64,000 nucleotides of DNA from Oikopleura dioica (Eukaryota > Animalia > Chordata). Below, in pieces: positions 10,062 through 22,779 of the stretch (position 1 is its first letter; each line of letters begins with the position of its first letter). The notes under the pieces were generated by a model. That model had not been told where the DNA came from, did no database searches, and worked only from the letters and a program-made list of their open reading frames with translations. The stretch spans positions 2,749,929 through 2,813,928 of the forward strand of contig OU015570.1 in assembly GCA_907165135.1 (NCBI GenBank), written 5' to 3'. The translations under genes were made by a program, and so were the position numbers.

Positions 10062-12989
10062 TGCCAGCGACATCCGCGGTAGTCGAATCCGATTGTTTCA
10101 ATTTCTCCTGTCTCTGTTACGTATTCAGAATATCCGTCAACAGAGTAATCACTTCCATCAATTTTCTTTTCGGTTCCATTTAGTCCATGAACGATTTTTA
10201 ACCCATACTTTTTTTCCATCATGTAAAGCCATTGAATACTCTCCAAACTCTCATTTCCCTTAGTATGAGCGATGAATTTTGCTTTCGTCTTACCATCTTC
10301 ATCAACTGATACAAGAACACCACGTCCTGTTGGTAAATTATTTGAATAGATTGCGGGATCTAAGAAATATATTTATTGACCCAACAACAATAAAAAAACT
10401 TACATAAGGAATTACAGTCCCGCTGTATCAGACGTTTGTAGAGCAATCCTTTCTCTGATTGCCTTGCAGCGATCGGTAGAGTCTCGTCCGTTGAGTTCAA
10501 GGCAACCATTCGATGGAACACCATGCAAATCCCGCCTCGCATGTTACTTCGGAAAAGGTTTGATAGCTCCAAACATTTGACAGAATAAAAAGGCGGTGAC
10601 TTTTCATCATAATTTTCATAGGCGACATGTTGAGCAATTGCCGACAAACTGATAAAATTTGTGATGTCAAGATTGCATTGTTTTCTCAAGAGTTCCGAGT
10701 ATCTGAAGTACGCTTTTTCAAGGAGAACAACGTCAAAGGTATTGTAGACTTCAAAATAATCCCACATGTTTTGAATTTCGTCATTTTCTTCGAAATGCTT
10801 CCTCGATTCCAAGTATTTATAAGGAGAGATATGAAAAAATTTTTTTGTTTCATCATTGATTGGAAAAGTGCATATCGACGTGAAGTAGAATTCGAACTCT
10901 TTATTCGGAATTAACTGCTTAATGTCTCGAATATTCAGCCGAAAGTCTTGACAAAACTCGTGGAAATTGGTCCATTTTTTCTTGTTGATCTCATTGTTCA
11001 TTTCCTTGACAAATTCTTCTCTTGGTACGTACATATGACTTTTAAAAACCCTGTATGAGGGAAATTCACGATCATTTTCAGCTTCTTCTCTTGACTCATA
11101 TTTTTCATACGGAAAGGTTGCCTTCGAAAATGTTTTTTCACCAACGCTGAGGGCAAATTTCTCCAGGCTGCAAGGAATCGTATAATTAAGAATGTCTTTG
11201 AAAACAATATTTCGAAATGCCATATACATATATCCTGCGCCTCTTTTAATTACATGTCGAGAATTCCAAAGCTCTCCTCCTCCATCAATATCATAATAGT
11301 AGTCTCGAAGCTCTTGAACAATCAGTCGGTGATCATATCGCTCTCCATTGAAGGAAATAACGTGCAACTGTGACATTGAGTTGAGAATTTTGAATTTCTG
11401 TCTTGTTTTAAACTGATTTTCCGCGGACATTCTTCTCATTTCTCCATGATTTTGAACAAGTTTTTTATATTTAAGTAGACCCATTTTGAGATTTAATGGC
11501 ATTACATCATAATTATCCGTCGCGCATTCTCTTAACCATTCACCAAACTCTTCTATAAGCATTTTCAATCCATCTGGCGAACCATTCTTGCGATCAAAAA
11601 CTTCTATCACTTCCTTATTTCTGCTTTTAATTACCAATTTACAGCAAATCGTCATCAGCTTATGAGTTGAAATAATTTTGGTTTTGTTTTCGGATGAAAT
11701 TGATTCTGTCGAAGAGGGTGCTAAATGAATCTTTTTATTTAACCAGGGGGGTAATTAACAATTACCTTTGATATTATTATTATCTACATTATCTTTTTCA
11801 AATATTTCTTCTTCAACAAGCTCGTCAATAATCATAGCTTCAGATATCCTTCCGTATCGCCGCTGGCGGCATCTGACAGTGGTTTTACCATTTGTTTTTG
11901 TGCAACAATTTATATGACGTTCTAGTTTCTTCTTATTTGTTGAAAAAAAAATAACAATTCTTTACAGGACATCGAGTCGGCCCAAATTCAATAATTTTGA
12001 AAAACAGTTTTGGTTCTTCTCGAAGATTGGGAGGAAACAAATAACGTTTGCGGCGAGATGGATCTTTTTCATTCGGACTTTCTTCTCGCACCCAAATTTC
12101 AATTGCAACACTCTTTTTAACAGCAATTTTCTTTAATTTCTGAGCATTCAAAATTGATCCATAGACTTGTTTCATTTCATCCACTTTAGTTTCAAGTTCT
12201 TCAATTGGTAGATCTGAGAATTCCGCTAGATAAGTTTAAGATAAATTTAAAGATGATTCGCTCTTACACAGAACAATAGCTTCGAAAGACGTAAGAATAT
12301 TCTTGCTTATTCTAAATCTATGAAGATCTTCAATCGACGCAGCAAAGAAGAACTCCTTGACTCTCGAAAAATCTGTTTTCTGTTTGACAGCAAGAATAAT
12401 ATTCTTATACAGTTAACTCGCACAATTTGGCCTCTTTATTTCTGCTATATGTCGAAAAAGGGCCGAATTGTGCGGGTCCGAATTGTGCGACTTCTGAGAA
12501 AACTCTTTAATCTATTAACCTATTAAAATCTCCATTGTCTGAGGATAATTTTAATATATTATGTCAAGGGGATTACGCCACGTGAAGAGCCGTGACAGAG
12601 CTTTGAAAATGGCTTATTTTGGCCAAAAAATTTTCTTAGAAAAAATTCGCGAAATTTTTGACTTTTCAAAGTCGACAGATTCATATGAATGAGGGCTCTA
12701 TAGATAGCTTAGACAAAGTTGAATCAGGAAAAAATAGTTTCGATGCAATATTTAGCCACTAAGAGGCGCTACAGAGCATAGAAAATCGCCAAAATAAGTC
12801 GATAAAGTTTTCGTAAAGAAAAAATCTTCAATCCTTCACATAATCAGATGCCTGTACGAGAAATTGTAGTTTCGGGCACAGGGAAGGTTTTAAGAACAAA
12901 ATCGGGGAAATATATCAGAGGGAAAAAAGTATCGATTTTAAAAATCTCTTGGTGTTGACATCTTGTTTTATAATTCTTTACGTTTATTT

Positions 12990-13026
12990 GTTTGAGCTTT
13001 CGGAATTAAATTCCATCTTCAGAAAC
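12990..13026 (-). ncRNA. Minimal type I hammerhead ribozyme (inverted pLTR copy)
   Basis: Reverse complement reads GUUU CUGAAGA U GGAAU UUA AUUCC GAAA GC UC AAAC. Confidence 0.7.
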
Positions 13027-13313
13027 TAAGTACAGTTAACATAAAATACTCAGAAAAGTAAGCTTACCATGTGAGTGGCAAGAGAGAAATTTAGCGCACT
13101 GAAGTTTTGACAAGAAAATTAGAAGGAGAAGAGTGATATCTAGAGAATTTCACAACAATAAAAATTGATTTGATGGGCGTTATTGTTGTGAAATTCTCTA
13201 GATATCACTCTTCTCCTTCTTATTTTCTTGTCAAAACTTCAGTGCGCTAAATTCTCTCTTGCCACTCACATGGTAAGCTTACTTTTCTGAGTATTTTATG
13301 TTAACTGTACTTA

Positions 13314-13350
13314 GTTTCTGAAGATGGAATTTTATTCCGAAAGCTCAAAC
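13314..13350 (+). ncRNA. Minimal type I hammerhead ribozyme (5' pLTR)
   Basis: Stem I GUUU/AAAC, core CUGAAGA, stem II GGAAU/AUUCC, GAAA, loopless palindromic stem III AGCU, cleavage triplet CUC. Confidence 0.72.
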
Positions 13351-13378
13351 AAATAAACGAAAAGAATTATAAAACAAG

Positions 13379-15843
13379 ATGTCAACACCAAGAGATATAA
13401 ATATGGAACCACGACATCGCCAAGAATATAAAATAATCAGAAAAGTCCAGCGATATAGAGAACACATCAATTTTCTACAAAATTGCTTGGATCATCAAGT
13501 CCACCCCCGATTCACTTTTTTCAAGCCGCAAGTTTTGAAGCAAGTAAAATGGAGTAAAGCTGAGGTATCGAAAAGAAGATCACAAATAACACGAGAAACA
13601 ATTCAAAAAAAACAACGTAATTATTGACCAACTTAATTCTGAACTAGAATTATTTTCTAAAACTAAACTTTCAAATTTATCACCGCTTAACCTTCATCGT
13701 CACCTATCGCATTTACGAAATGTAGCCTTTCATTCTCTGAAATTTCATCGAGCTCAACTAGATAAAAAAATTAAATCTCTGATCGCACAAAAATCCCCAC
13801 CACCTTTCGAAATCAAAATTATCAATGATACATCTGTTACTTTACCACCTGAAATTATCGATATTTTGAAATTCGGAGGCTCACGTAGTATCGGGGGAAC
13901 TCCCCATGCTGAGTAAATTGGCGAAAAGTATGATTATTTAGCTACTAAAATTTTTAAAATATTGCAATGATAAGAAGTTCGATCCACTCTTAACAGATGA
14001 AATTTTGACTAATATTAAAGTCTCTTTTCATTCTCTTCGGAAAGCGTTCCCAAATAACAATGACGCTCAAACTCTCAAAAAATTTTTGAAAGAGAATCCA
14101 AGCATTCTCATCCTTCCGATCGATAAGTCTGACAATCTTAAAATTGTCACATGTGAACAATATGAACAAAAACTTTCAGAACAACTTTTATCCGATAAAT
14201 TTATAAAAATCTCGGATGATTTTTTAGAACGAGATTATAAACGTCTAAATTGCATTCTTGAAGATTTGAAACCTTTTGTTACATCGACCTGTTTCAACAA
14301 GATCAAGCCTAATTATAACAGTCGCACATGTTTTGGTCTTTCCAAGGAACACAAAACAAAAAAACCTTTAAGACTTATCATTTCTGGCACGAACAGCCTT
14401 ACAAGCAATACAGAAAAATTTTTTCTAAAACCGATTCTTTCTAAAATGCTTGGATTTTGTAAATTCAGCATAAAAAGTACCGAAGAAATAAAAAACAAAA
14501 TCTTAAAAATTCGACCTTTTTTTGATAAAAATAAACATGCAGTTTTTTCGCTTGACGTTGTGTCAATGTATGATAACGTCGATATCAATCAAGCGATTGA
14601 ATTTATTGTCAATAAAATTTACCAAGATCCAAAATTTTATTTTGAAGGTTTTATTGAAAAACCAGAGCACTTTCCATCAAAAAGCACAATTTTCGCACTT
14701 CTTAGAGGTTGTCTTCGTGATTTTACTGGTTTTTCTAGCCGTGTCGGCAATTTTAAACAAAATAAGGGTGTCAATATGGGAGGTAGGATTTCCCCAATTG
14801 TTGCTAATATTTTTTGCAGTCTTATTGAGAATAATATTGTTAGCTCACTGACAAAATCAGGCGAGTGTTTACTTTTTGCGAGATTCGTTGACGACTGCAT
14901 AATCGTTTGTGAGAAAAAATCAAAACTAAAAATTTTCAGTAAGTTGAACTCAGTCAATAAAAATTTCCAGTTCAAAATTGAAAATATGACAAACAACTCG
15001 ATCAATTTTCTTGACTCGACAATTTTCATTAATAAAGACAACTCGCTTATTTCAATGAAACATAACAAAAAACCAACAAAAAGTAATGTTTTAACAAATT
15101 TCTCTAAGTCAATTTGCCCAAAATCCCATAAAAATAATTGCATAATTGGATCCGTAAATAGAATCATGCATGCATCTTCAGATAAAATTTTTCAAGAACC
15201 TGCGATTGAAAAGCTTTAAAAGAAGCTTAAAGGAAATTCATACCCGTCAAAATTAATTAATTCGAAAATAGATTTAGCTTTAAAAAATGAGAAAAGAAAA
15301 GAACAAGAATATGACGAGGAAATTTATCTGTCTTTGGATTATACATCGCATCAGTGCAATCTCATCCAAAAACAATTACTAGAATCAATCAGAAAATTTT
15401 TGCCAAAATTCCGGCTTAAAATATCCTGAAAATCAATTCGAATCTCTAATTTAATAAATCCTCGCCTCAAACCTTCTCAAAATCGCGATAATCCAACCGC
15501 CTGCATTTATAAATTTACTTGTCCTTGTAATAATGGAATATATATTGGTGAAACACTTCGACCTGTTGTTAACCGTCTGAGAGAGCACAATTTTCGATCA
15601 AGTAACTCTGAAATTTCTACTCACATCTACAGCTGTGAAATTTATCAATCGAAATTGAAAACTGAAAACAAATACAATCTCACGCCAAAGAAGAAACTTG
15701 ATTTTCTTCTTTCTCATACTTCCATTCTTAAATCAAATCTTTTCGACTGTCACAAACGAAAGTATACTGAAGCTTTTTTCATCAACATTTTACTTCCTAA
15801 TCTTAACAAACAAAACAACCACCGAAAAATAAAATTCATTTGA
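13379..15843 (+). pseudogene. Penelope RT + GIY-YIG endonuclease ORF (frameshifts/stops)
   Basis: RT motifs SLDVVSMYDNV, QNKGVNMGGRISPIVANIF, ARFVDD (ORF 14005-15219); CIYKFTCPCNNGIYIGETLRPVVNRLREH near 15500-15590. Confidence 0.92.
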
Positions 15844-16020
15844 TGGGCATGTATTTCACAACAATAACGCCCATCAAATCAATTTTTATTGTTGTGAAAT
15901 TCTCTAGATATCACTCTTCTCCTTCTAATTTTCTTGTCAAAACTTTAGTGCGCTAAATTTCTCTCTTGCCACTCACATGGTAAGCTTACTTTTCTGAGTA
16001 TTTTATGTTAACTGTACTTA

Positions 16021-16057
16021 GTTTCTGAAGATGGAATTTAATTCCGAAAGCTCAAAC
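16021..16057 (+). ncRNA. Minimal type I hammerhead ribozyme (3' pLTR)
   Basis: Same motif; only the stem II loop differs (UUA vs UUU). Confidence 0.72.
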
Positions 16058-17569
16058 AAATAAACGAAAAGATTTTGAAAATGGCCAAAATCTAGGGTTT
16101 TCGCGACTATCAATGTCTTAACGGCTATTTTTAGAGGTGATTCGCCTTTTCAAATTAGATTTCCATACAAGTGATTGCTCATGAAGAAATATGCTTTAAA
16201 AAAATCCCCTCACTTCTAAGATAGCTAAGCCCAAAAAAAGTAGTTCGACCTCAAAGTTGGCCAAATCAGGGGGGATCCCTTAAGCCCCGGTTGATTAACT
16301 GTCAGTTAATCAAAACCCAGGAGAGAACAAAGCAGTCTTCAATTCTGTCTTTTTTGAACCAATAAATATCTATGAAATAAAACTTTTGTCCTATTTTTAG
16401 TTTGATGAAGAGGGCAGCGGGGCCAAATTGTACGAGTTTCTAACGTTTTAGCGGAATTTGAAAAAAGGGCCGAATTGTGCGGGGCCAAATTGTGCGAGTT
16501 AACTGTAATTTTTATTCTGTGCGCTCGATTTTATAACTGTTTAAATGTCGCCAACAATCATTATAGTTAAGTTTGTAACACACGACACCTTCCTGGATTA
16601 CTTTCAGGTCGTTTTAGACATTCATCAGTCAAGCAGACAATTCCAATATTAACCTCGTAAAAATTCTCAATTATTTCCAATATTGACAATGATAAATTTT
16701 CAAAGTCTCGAGCATCATCAACACCAAAAGTAGACAAGTCAGGGAATCGAATAGTGGATAGAATATCTTCCTAGTTAAAGTAAGTCACTTTATATTTCTA
16801 GATTCAAACCTTTATTTGATTCAATTTTCTACGCCCTGGTAGATTCTGATTATTCAAAGATTTTCCAAGCATAATAACATGGAACATGTTTGTTTTAAAT
16901 CCTGGTGCAATGTCATAACGGAATAAATTCTCTCGTTTCTTTTTTTTACTCATTGTCTCTTTGAAACCGGAAAAATATTTCCGGGAATCGAGTGCAAGGT
17001 CAAGAGCAAATATGTTTTTTTCGTAGATTATTTGCAAGTGTCAACTAAATAAACAAAAATTTGGAACATTTCCTTTATAAACTTGAGAAAAAAATTCTCA
17101 CAAAATCTTACAGGAAACGAAGAAGACAAGCCATGTCTGGACAAACCGGAAGAAAGAAGGAAGAGATGATTTTGATCAAAGTTTTTTTGAAGTTTGTTTG
17201 TGGCTCTCACAAGGTGTTTATGACAAGACTTGACAAGTTTAAACAACGACACAACCTTCGTTATGATAACTTGAAATTTCATATTGGTACACTTGGTCAA
17301 ACCTTTGAATTCCCTCGGTTATTTTCTGCTTATAAAGATGTATTTAAACAGTTTGGTCGATTATAAGTCTTGCTTGATAGTTACAAATCACACAAGCTTT
17401 ATTTGCTAACCTGCTTCAATTTGCAAAAAAATAACTAAAGGATAAGTTGAGTTTTTGATCCGTCTATTAAACAGTTTACAAAAGACAGTTTGAAAACAGT
17501 TCAGAACAGAATTTTTTTTTTCATAGGTGGTTGACGTGTTCGTTTTTGATAAATGGCCAACAATTGGTA

Positions 17570-17860
17570 TGAAGATGTGATTGCTGACAAAAAACAGCGA
17601 ACGAGAAGGCTGGTTGTTGAGAATTGAGGAAGAGGATCATTTCGGTCAGGATGATGTCACTTGATTTGAAGGTTGGCTTTCTGAAGATGAGAAACAGCAA
17701 ACGAGAAGGCTGCTTGATGAGACTTGAGTAAGAGGACCATTTGGGTCAGGATGATGGCACTTGATTTGAAGGTTGGCTTGCTGAAGATGAGAAGCCCAAG
17801 GGGGCTGCATTGTTGAAACTGGAAGAAATGACCATTTGGGGTCAGGAAAATGGCACTGGA
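17570..17860. repeat. Tandem repeat, about 2.8 copies of a 100-bp unit
   Basis: GGTCAGG at 17644, 17744, 17840; ACGAGAAGGC at 17601, 17701. Confidence 0.85.
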
Positions 17861-19030
17861 TAGCTTGATTCGATGAGGCGGGATGAATACTGGATGATGA
17901 TGATGAGGGATCTTGTGATGACCTCGTGTTTGGAGCGTTTGAAGGTAAACGAAGAGAAAGAGAAGGATTCTTGATTGGAGCGAGTGCGCGTGGGGCACGT
18001 CGTTGTTGAAGTGATGAACGGAGAGAAGAAAGGAGGATGATGCAGAACCCATGCGTTAGTAGAAGCTTGGTCGCTTTCTCTGTCGGTTGGATCGTCTGAC
18101 GGTCATTTGCTGCTGCTATAAGTAAAAATGAGTTTTCAGAAGAGGGTTTAAAGCGAAAGCTCTGTATAAAAAAAGTAAAAACTTACTCGGGGTGTTTGTA
18201 TGGCTCTTCGTTCTGGAGATCCGAGGTCAGCAAACTGGTGTTCTTGTTCTTGAGCAACCGCAGTGTTGTCCGCTGGGGTATCTTCTTCTTCTTCTTTGGT
18301 CACTGCCAGAGCTGGAAGACTCAGCGCTACAAAGATAAATTAATAGTTATTCAAAGTAGAGGTTAAGATAATAATAAGAATAGTAAAATAAAAACTTACA
18401 AGGAGACAGGCGTCGGTAGTTGCTCAAAGAAAATGGAGTTGAGCTTCTTCTTGGTGGCCTTGATTCGCCAGCTGATCTCTCAATGTTGACCGTTTCTTCA
18501 ACAAGGTTTGTCGAAGTTTGCGAGTTCAGAGAAGGAAGTGATCGTGACGAGGAGATTGATGGCGTGCGTAGATGTGATCGACGGGATGCTTCGGATCCAT
18601 TGGTAGTTGAGCTTCCGTAAGTCGCATTCGTGGACGAGATGTTCTCTCCAGACTCGTGATGGTCACTTGCCCCGGCGCTGTTGTTGATGTCGTCGAGCTC
18701 AACATTGGAGCCTTCGTTGGCAGATGCGGTGCGAGCGAAAAATCGGAGGAACTTGAACTTCTTCTGCAGAAAGAATGCAGCGATTCCTGTCAATATGAGA
18801 GCCAGCAGCGAAAGAGTGATGATCACCAAGACTTCACCATCTGACGACTCTTCGATCATGTTCACGATGACCTTCAAGAGATCGTTGTCGATTTCCAGCG
18901 GCGATGTAGTGGAGCTCTCTGTCGCGATTTCCGGCGGCGAAATAGTTTAGCTCTCTGTCTTGATCTCTGACGGGGTCGAGGAAGCGCCTTCAGGGCTTGC
19001 GCCCTGAGCCTTGGATGGAAACCAGTTCAT
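17570..19030 (-). CDS. Putative spliced single-pass membrane protein, S/T/P-rich on both sides of the TM helix
   Basis: TM VLVIITLSLLALILTGIAAFFL followed by QKK (ORF 18347-18877); frame extends to ATG 19030 across one TAA; GT-AG boundaries downstream; 3' extent uncertain. Confidence 0.5.
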
Positions 19031-19581
19031 TGAACTGGCGTTACTGTCTCAACGATAGTATTTATGAAAAACAAACAATTATATATAATGCAAAATAGCG
19101 CCTCAAGAGCTAAAGCGCTGGTGGCGCCGCAAACAGAGGGCGCCTCATTTTCCAAGAACTCGCTTAAGGGGATTAGCACTTACAAAATTCAGTCTTCCCA
19201 CGATGAATTACCCGCAAAGAAATTAAGCGATGAATTATCAGCAAAGAAATATAGCTCAGCGAATTCTCGAGCTTGCGGCACGTCAAAGAAGATCGAGAGA
19301 TCAATTGCGTAAAAGAGATAAGTCTCTTCATGTCATCTTAACCACAGATGATTTTCATTATAGTTTACCAGGTAATCAGTTTTGACAACGAGATCTTTAA
19401 CAAGGTTTTCTCAAGGAAAAAGGATTCTCAAAAACGTAACAATCATTGGAAAATTCATCCGCTTCGAAGCCTTCACTTGTCCTCTGAACTAAGCTGATGG
19501 TTACCCGTCTCAGAAACCGTTTGTTTCATTCAAGTTTACATCATTTCATATCTTTCTAGTCCGAATATTTTTGTTCTTTTT

Positions 19582-20293
19582 GTGGGCTTAGAAGATGGAA
19601 CTATCATTGCAGTTCGAACCAGGATCGCTTATGATGTTTCTTCTGCTAATGTGGGAACTGTCATTCTGGAACGAGTTGTACATTCAAGTGAAATGACGCT
19701 CGGAAGATTCCCAATTATACATTTCGATGTTGTGAAGAACTCCAATGTCATATTTGTAAAAAAAGGTTATCAGGGAGGCCCCGAGCTCAAATCGTCAGGG
19801 GATTACAATCCGATTCTCCGATTTTACAAGCAAGGAGTGCCGATTATAAAAAAACGGAACTGGTATTTTTTTTGGTTTAATAGAGTCAAAAATATTTCTA
19901 GTATTTTCGATGAGTTTCTTTGGGTTTTTCGCCCTTCGAATCAAGTTTGGTTTACTGAATGTGTAATGAATCGACCTCTTACAAGATATCAGAACCTAAT
20001 TCAAGAAATGAATACGCATCTGTAAGTTGACAATCTTTTGAAATGAATATAAGAGTTATCATAGTGATATGCTCAGATGTTCTACCAAGCTTTACGGCCA
20101 CGAACCAACTTCACGATTTGGTCTTCAGGGGGCAATCGAGCGAACTCTTCATCCGGGATTGTCGTGGTTGGGTAAAAGTGCTCATGTTAAGCTGAATGAA
20201 AAGAAAATCAGCGAAGACGATCAGATAGACTATGATATAAACATGACGATGGATTACGATAAAGATGTGACAGGTAAAAATCTATTTTATTAA
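19582..20293 (+). CDS. Hypothetical protein(s), probably exons of a Maverick accessory gene
   Basis: Consecutive ORFs 19582-20025 and 20069-20293 with protein-like composition; no recognised motif. Confidence 0.3.
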
Positions 20294-22029
20294 TCTATAA
20301 ACTAATCCTTATTTAGCGTCAATCATCAAGCATGAGTCAATTGGTGTAATTGCCAAAGCAGAATAATTCCCCGAAAACAAAGTATTAAATTTTGATGAAA
20401 AAGAAATTAAACCATTTATAGGAGTAATGAAGAACCGATTTAACATAAATCTGTATATTTGAAATTGAAACTTTGATTTGTTGTTATCAGATTATAAGTT
20501 TTATATATTTATTTATATTTTGCTATAATAAGATGTTTGACGAAAATGACTTATTCGGTCGAGCAGCTCAGAAAAAAAAATCAATTGAAAAATGAAACGA
20601 CCGAGATTGAGGAAATGGATAGTGAAGAAGAAAGTCTGCGGACAACCGGGAACAGCACTCTTTAATAAGCGAGCCTGTTTCTTCAGATTCGTCCGACGCC
20701 GGATCGCTGGATGAATTTATCGATGACAATTCGTCACTATCTTCTTTAGAAGAAGAAATAATAATTAAAGTTCGAAATCAGGGCTTTGTTGTATCCTATA
20801 ATGACGGAGCCCTTAAAACAAGTCATTTAACTCACGAAAACAGAAGAAAAATGACAAAGAAAATTCCTGAGACAGTCATGGATCAATGTGAACAAACAGA
20901 GTAAGGTGTTAAATCGTTTCCTTATTTACGACTATTTTTAGCATAATCGACATTCCAATGTCGGATTACTCGATTCTAAGAAAACTTACGCTTACACCGA
21001 CATTCTGTCCAACTTGTGGAAAACCAAGTCGCCGAATTAAAATGCTTACTTCAGCAACTCAAACAGGGTCAGTTCAAATAACGAATATTCATTGATTTAA
21101 AATTCAAAATTAATTTATAATAACATTTGAAGAAAACCTCGAGCAAGGCGTCAATTACGATTCAATAGCGACTCTTCTTCCGATGAAATAATTTCTGTAA
21201 ATAAAAGGTTAAAATTAGAGTTTATATGAACATTTAAAATGCTCCATTAAAGATCCCGAAAACGCGGTCTTGTCTCCACAGATGACGAATCTGATGAACC
21301 CTCCTCGAAACGTACAAAGTTTTTCTCAAAATCTGCTTTCATTATATGTGATCTATCATCAACGAATAAAAAGTAACTCTAGTAATATATAAAGCCTTGT
21401 TTTCTTTTGCTAAGAAGATTCAAACAAACAAAGCATATTGGTTTTTTGATAATTATTAACGAAAATCTTTTTTCCTGAAAATTTTTGGGTCAAAGCATTG
21501 GCAAACTTCTCAACATGCGTGAAAGAAAATTTAATAACTTTGAGATTAAATTTTTACGAGATGAGCTTGACTTTACAGTTGATGGTGAGCTTCCATCCAT
21601 AAATAGGCCTCGGACGTAAAAAATCGACCCCCTCAAATCGCTTAGGTACCTCGGAAATTCTTTATCGAGGGTGTAGATCAGGTCAGGGTAACCCTAGAAA
21701 CCCAAAAAAATCAAAAAAAAAACTTCGATTTTTCGAGAAATTTTCAAAAAGTTGGGAGATTTTTCGGGTTAGCTCTAGAAAAACGCTTATTTGACCCTGA
21801 TCCGGCCAGTTATAGGTCATAAAAATTGTATATTTAGAAAGATTATGAAATTTGCTATCATCCTGATCAAAAACTGAATTGGGCCCTGGTCCTCTAGAAT
21901 GGGCTACAGGCGTGACAAATGGAGGTTATGGTCGAATTTTGATGAAAATCAGGCAAATCACTTTATTTAACAGTAATGAGCTTATATATGCGGTGCTCGG
22001 CCAGTATATGGCCACTTCAGGTCGCTTTT

Positions 22030-22600
22030 GGTCGTGTTTGGCCGGAGGACCTCCAGGAGGACCTACCTGGTGGAAGACTTACAGCTGGAAGACCAGTATT
22101 TAAAAAAGGGAAATAATTTGAAAGGCCAGAAATTGCCATTTTCGGCCAATTTTGGCCACTAACTGCCGGAGGACCTCCCGGAGGACCTACCCGGTGGAAG
22201 ACTTACTGCTGGAAGACCAATATTTTAAAAAACTGGAAATACCCGGAGGACCGACCGGAGGACCATCCTGGTGGAAGTCTCATTGCTGGAAGAGAACTGT
22301 TTTCAAAAAAAGGGAAATACCCTTGAAGGGCCAGTAATTGCCATTTTCGGCAAATTTCGGCTATTTTCTGCCGGAGGACCTCCCGGAGGACCTCATGGAG
22401 AACCATCCTGGTGGAAGACTTGCTTGAAGACAAATGTTTAAAAAGGAAATACCCTTGAAGGGCCAATAATTGCCTTTTTCGGCCTTTTCGGGCCATTATT
22501 AAAAAAAGAACTGAAAAACCTTTGAAGGGCCCGTAATTGCCATTTTCTACGTTTGGCCCCTTTTTGCTGGAGAACCCCCCGGAGAACGTTCCTGCTGGAA
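22030..22600. repeat. Imperfect minisatellite-like array (units about 80-130 bp)
   Basis: Recurrent CCGGAGGACC (22042, 22166, 22371), GGTGGAAGAC and CTTGAAGGGCC/AATTGCCATTTT blocks. Confidence 0.8.
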
Positions 22601-22779
22601 AACTCATAGAATCGAATCTGAGTTTATTTTTTCTTTACAACCCTAACTGCCTTGCCTGTTCTAGCCTATCGAAGCCAAGTCCAGCCTGACGATGCTTTCT
22701 TCTAACTAGTCAATTATTGTCAAGCTTTTTGCTCATAGTCAATTTTATTTATATAATTATTCTTCAACCGGCAAATATG

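Larger units (their letters stand above)
12944..16072 (+). mobile_element. Penelope-like retroelement with inverted 5' pLTR and direct 3' pLTR
   Basis: About 217-bp inverted arms 12944-13161/13180-13396; direct repeat at about 15854-16072; candidate 12-bp TSD GATTTT(A/G)AAAAT at 12934-12945 and 16071-16082. Confidence 0.92.
12410..16505. mobile_element. Non-autonomous pogo/Tc1-like DNA element inserted in the polB 5' region, containing the Penelope element
   Basis: Perfect 23-bp TIR CAGTTAACTCGCACAATTTGGCC (12410-12432, 16483-16505); TA TSD; removing it restores an open minus-strand frame SAQNKN-Y-KNIILAVKQKTDFSRV. Confidence 0.85.
7382..16790 (-). pseudogene. polB: Protein-primed family B DNA polymerase, multi-exon, disrupted by insertions
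   Basis: ExoII SFNGERYD, ExoIII YNTFDV, RGG, motif A DCNSL|YP (intron 10360-10403), insert VDGY...GCRWH...CEW, motif B KVILNSFYG, motif C YTDTDS (7930-7947), TPG|LFK, KCY, TKG; introns 8031-8067 and 7761-7804; two in-frame TAA; 5' exons continue beyond 16507. Confidence 0.92.

Noticed and set aside
7950-19000. Stop-codon reassignment suggested by repeated in-frame TAA/TGA
   Set aside because: TAA ends many intact ORFs, and the duplicated capsid shows AAA->TAA, so these are mutations
22030-22600. CRISPR-like array (also considered for 57080-57570 and 59215-59614)
   Set aside because: No constant repeat with unique spacers and no cas genes; eukaryotic context
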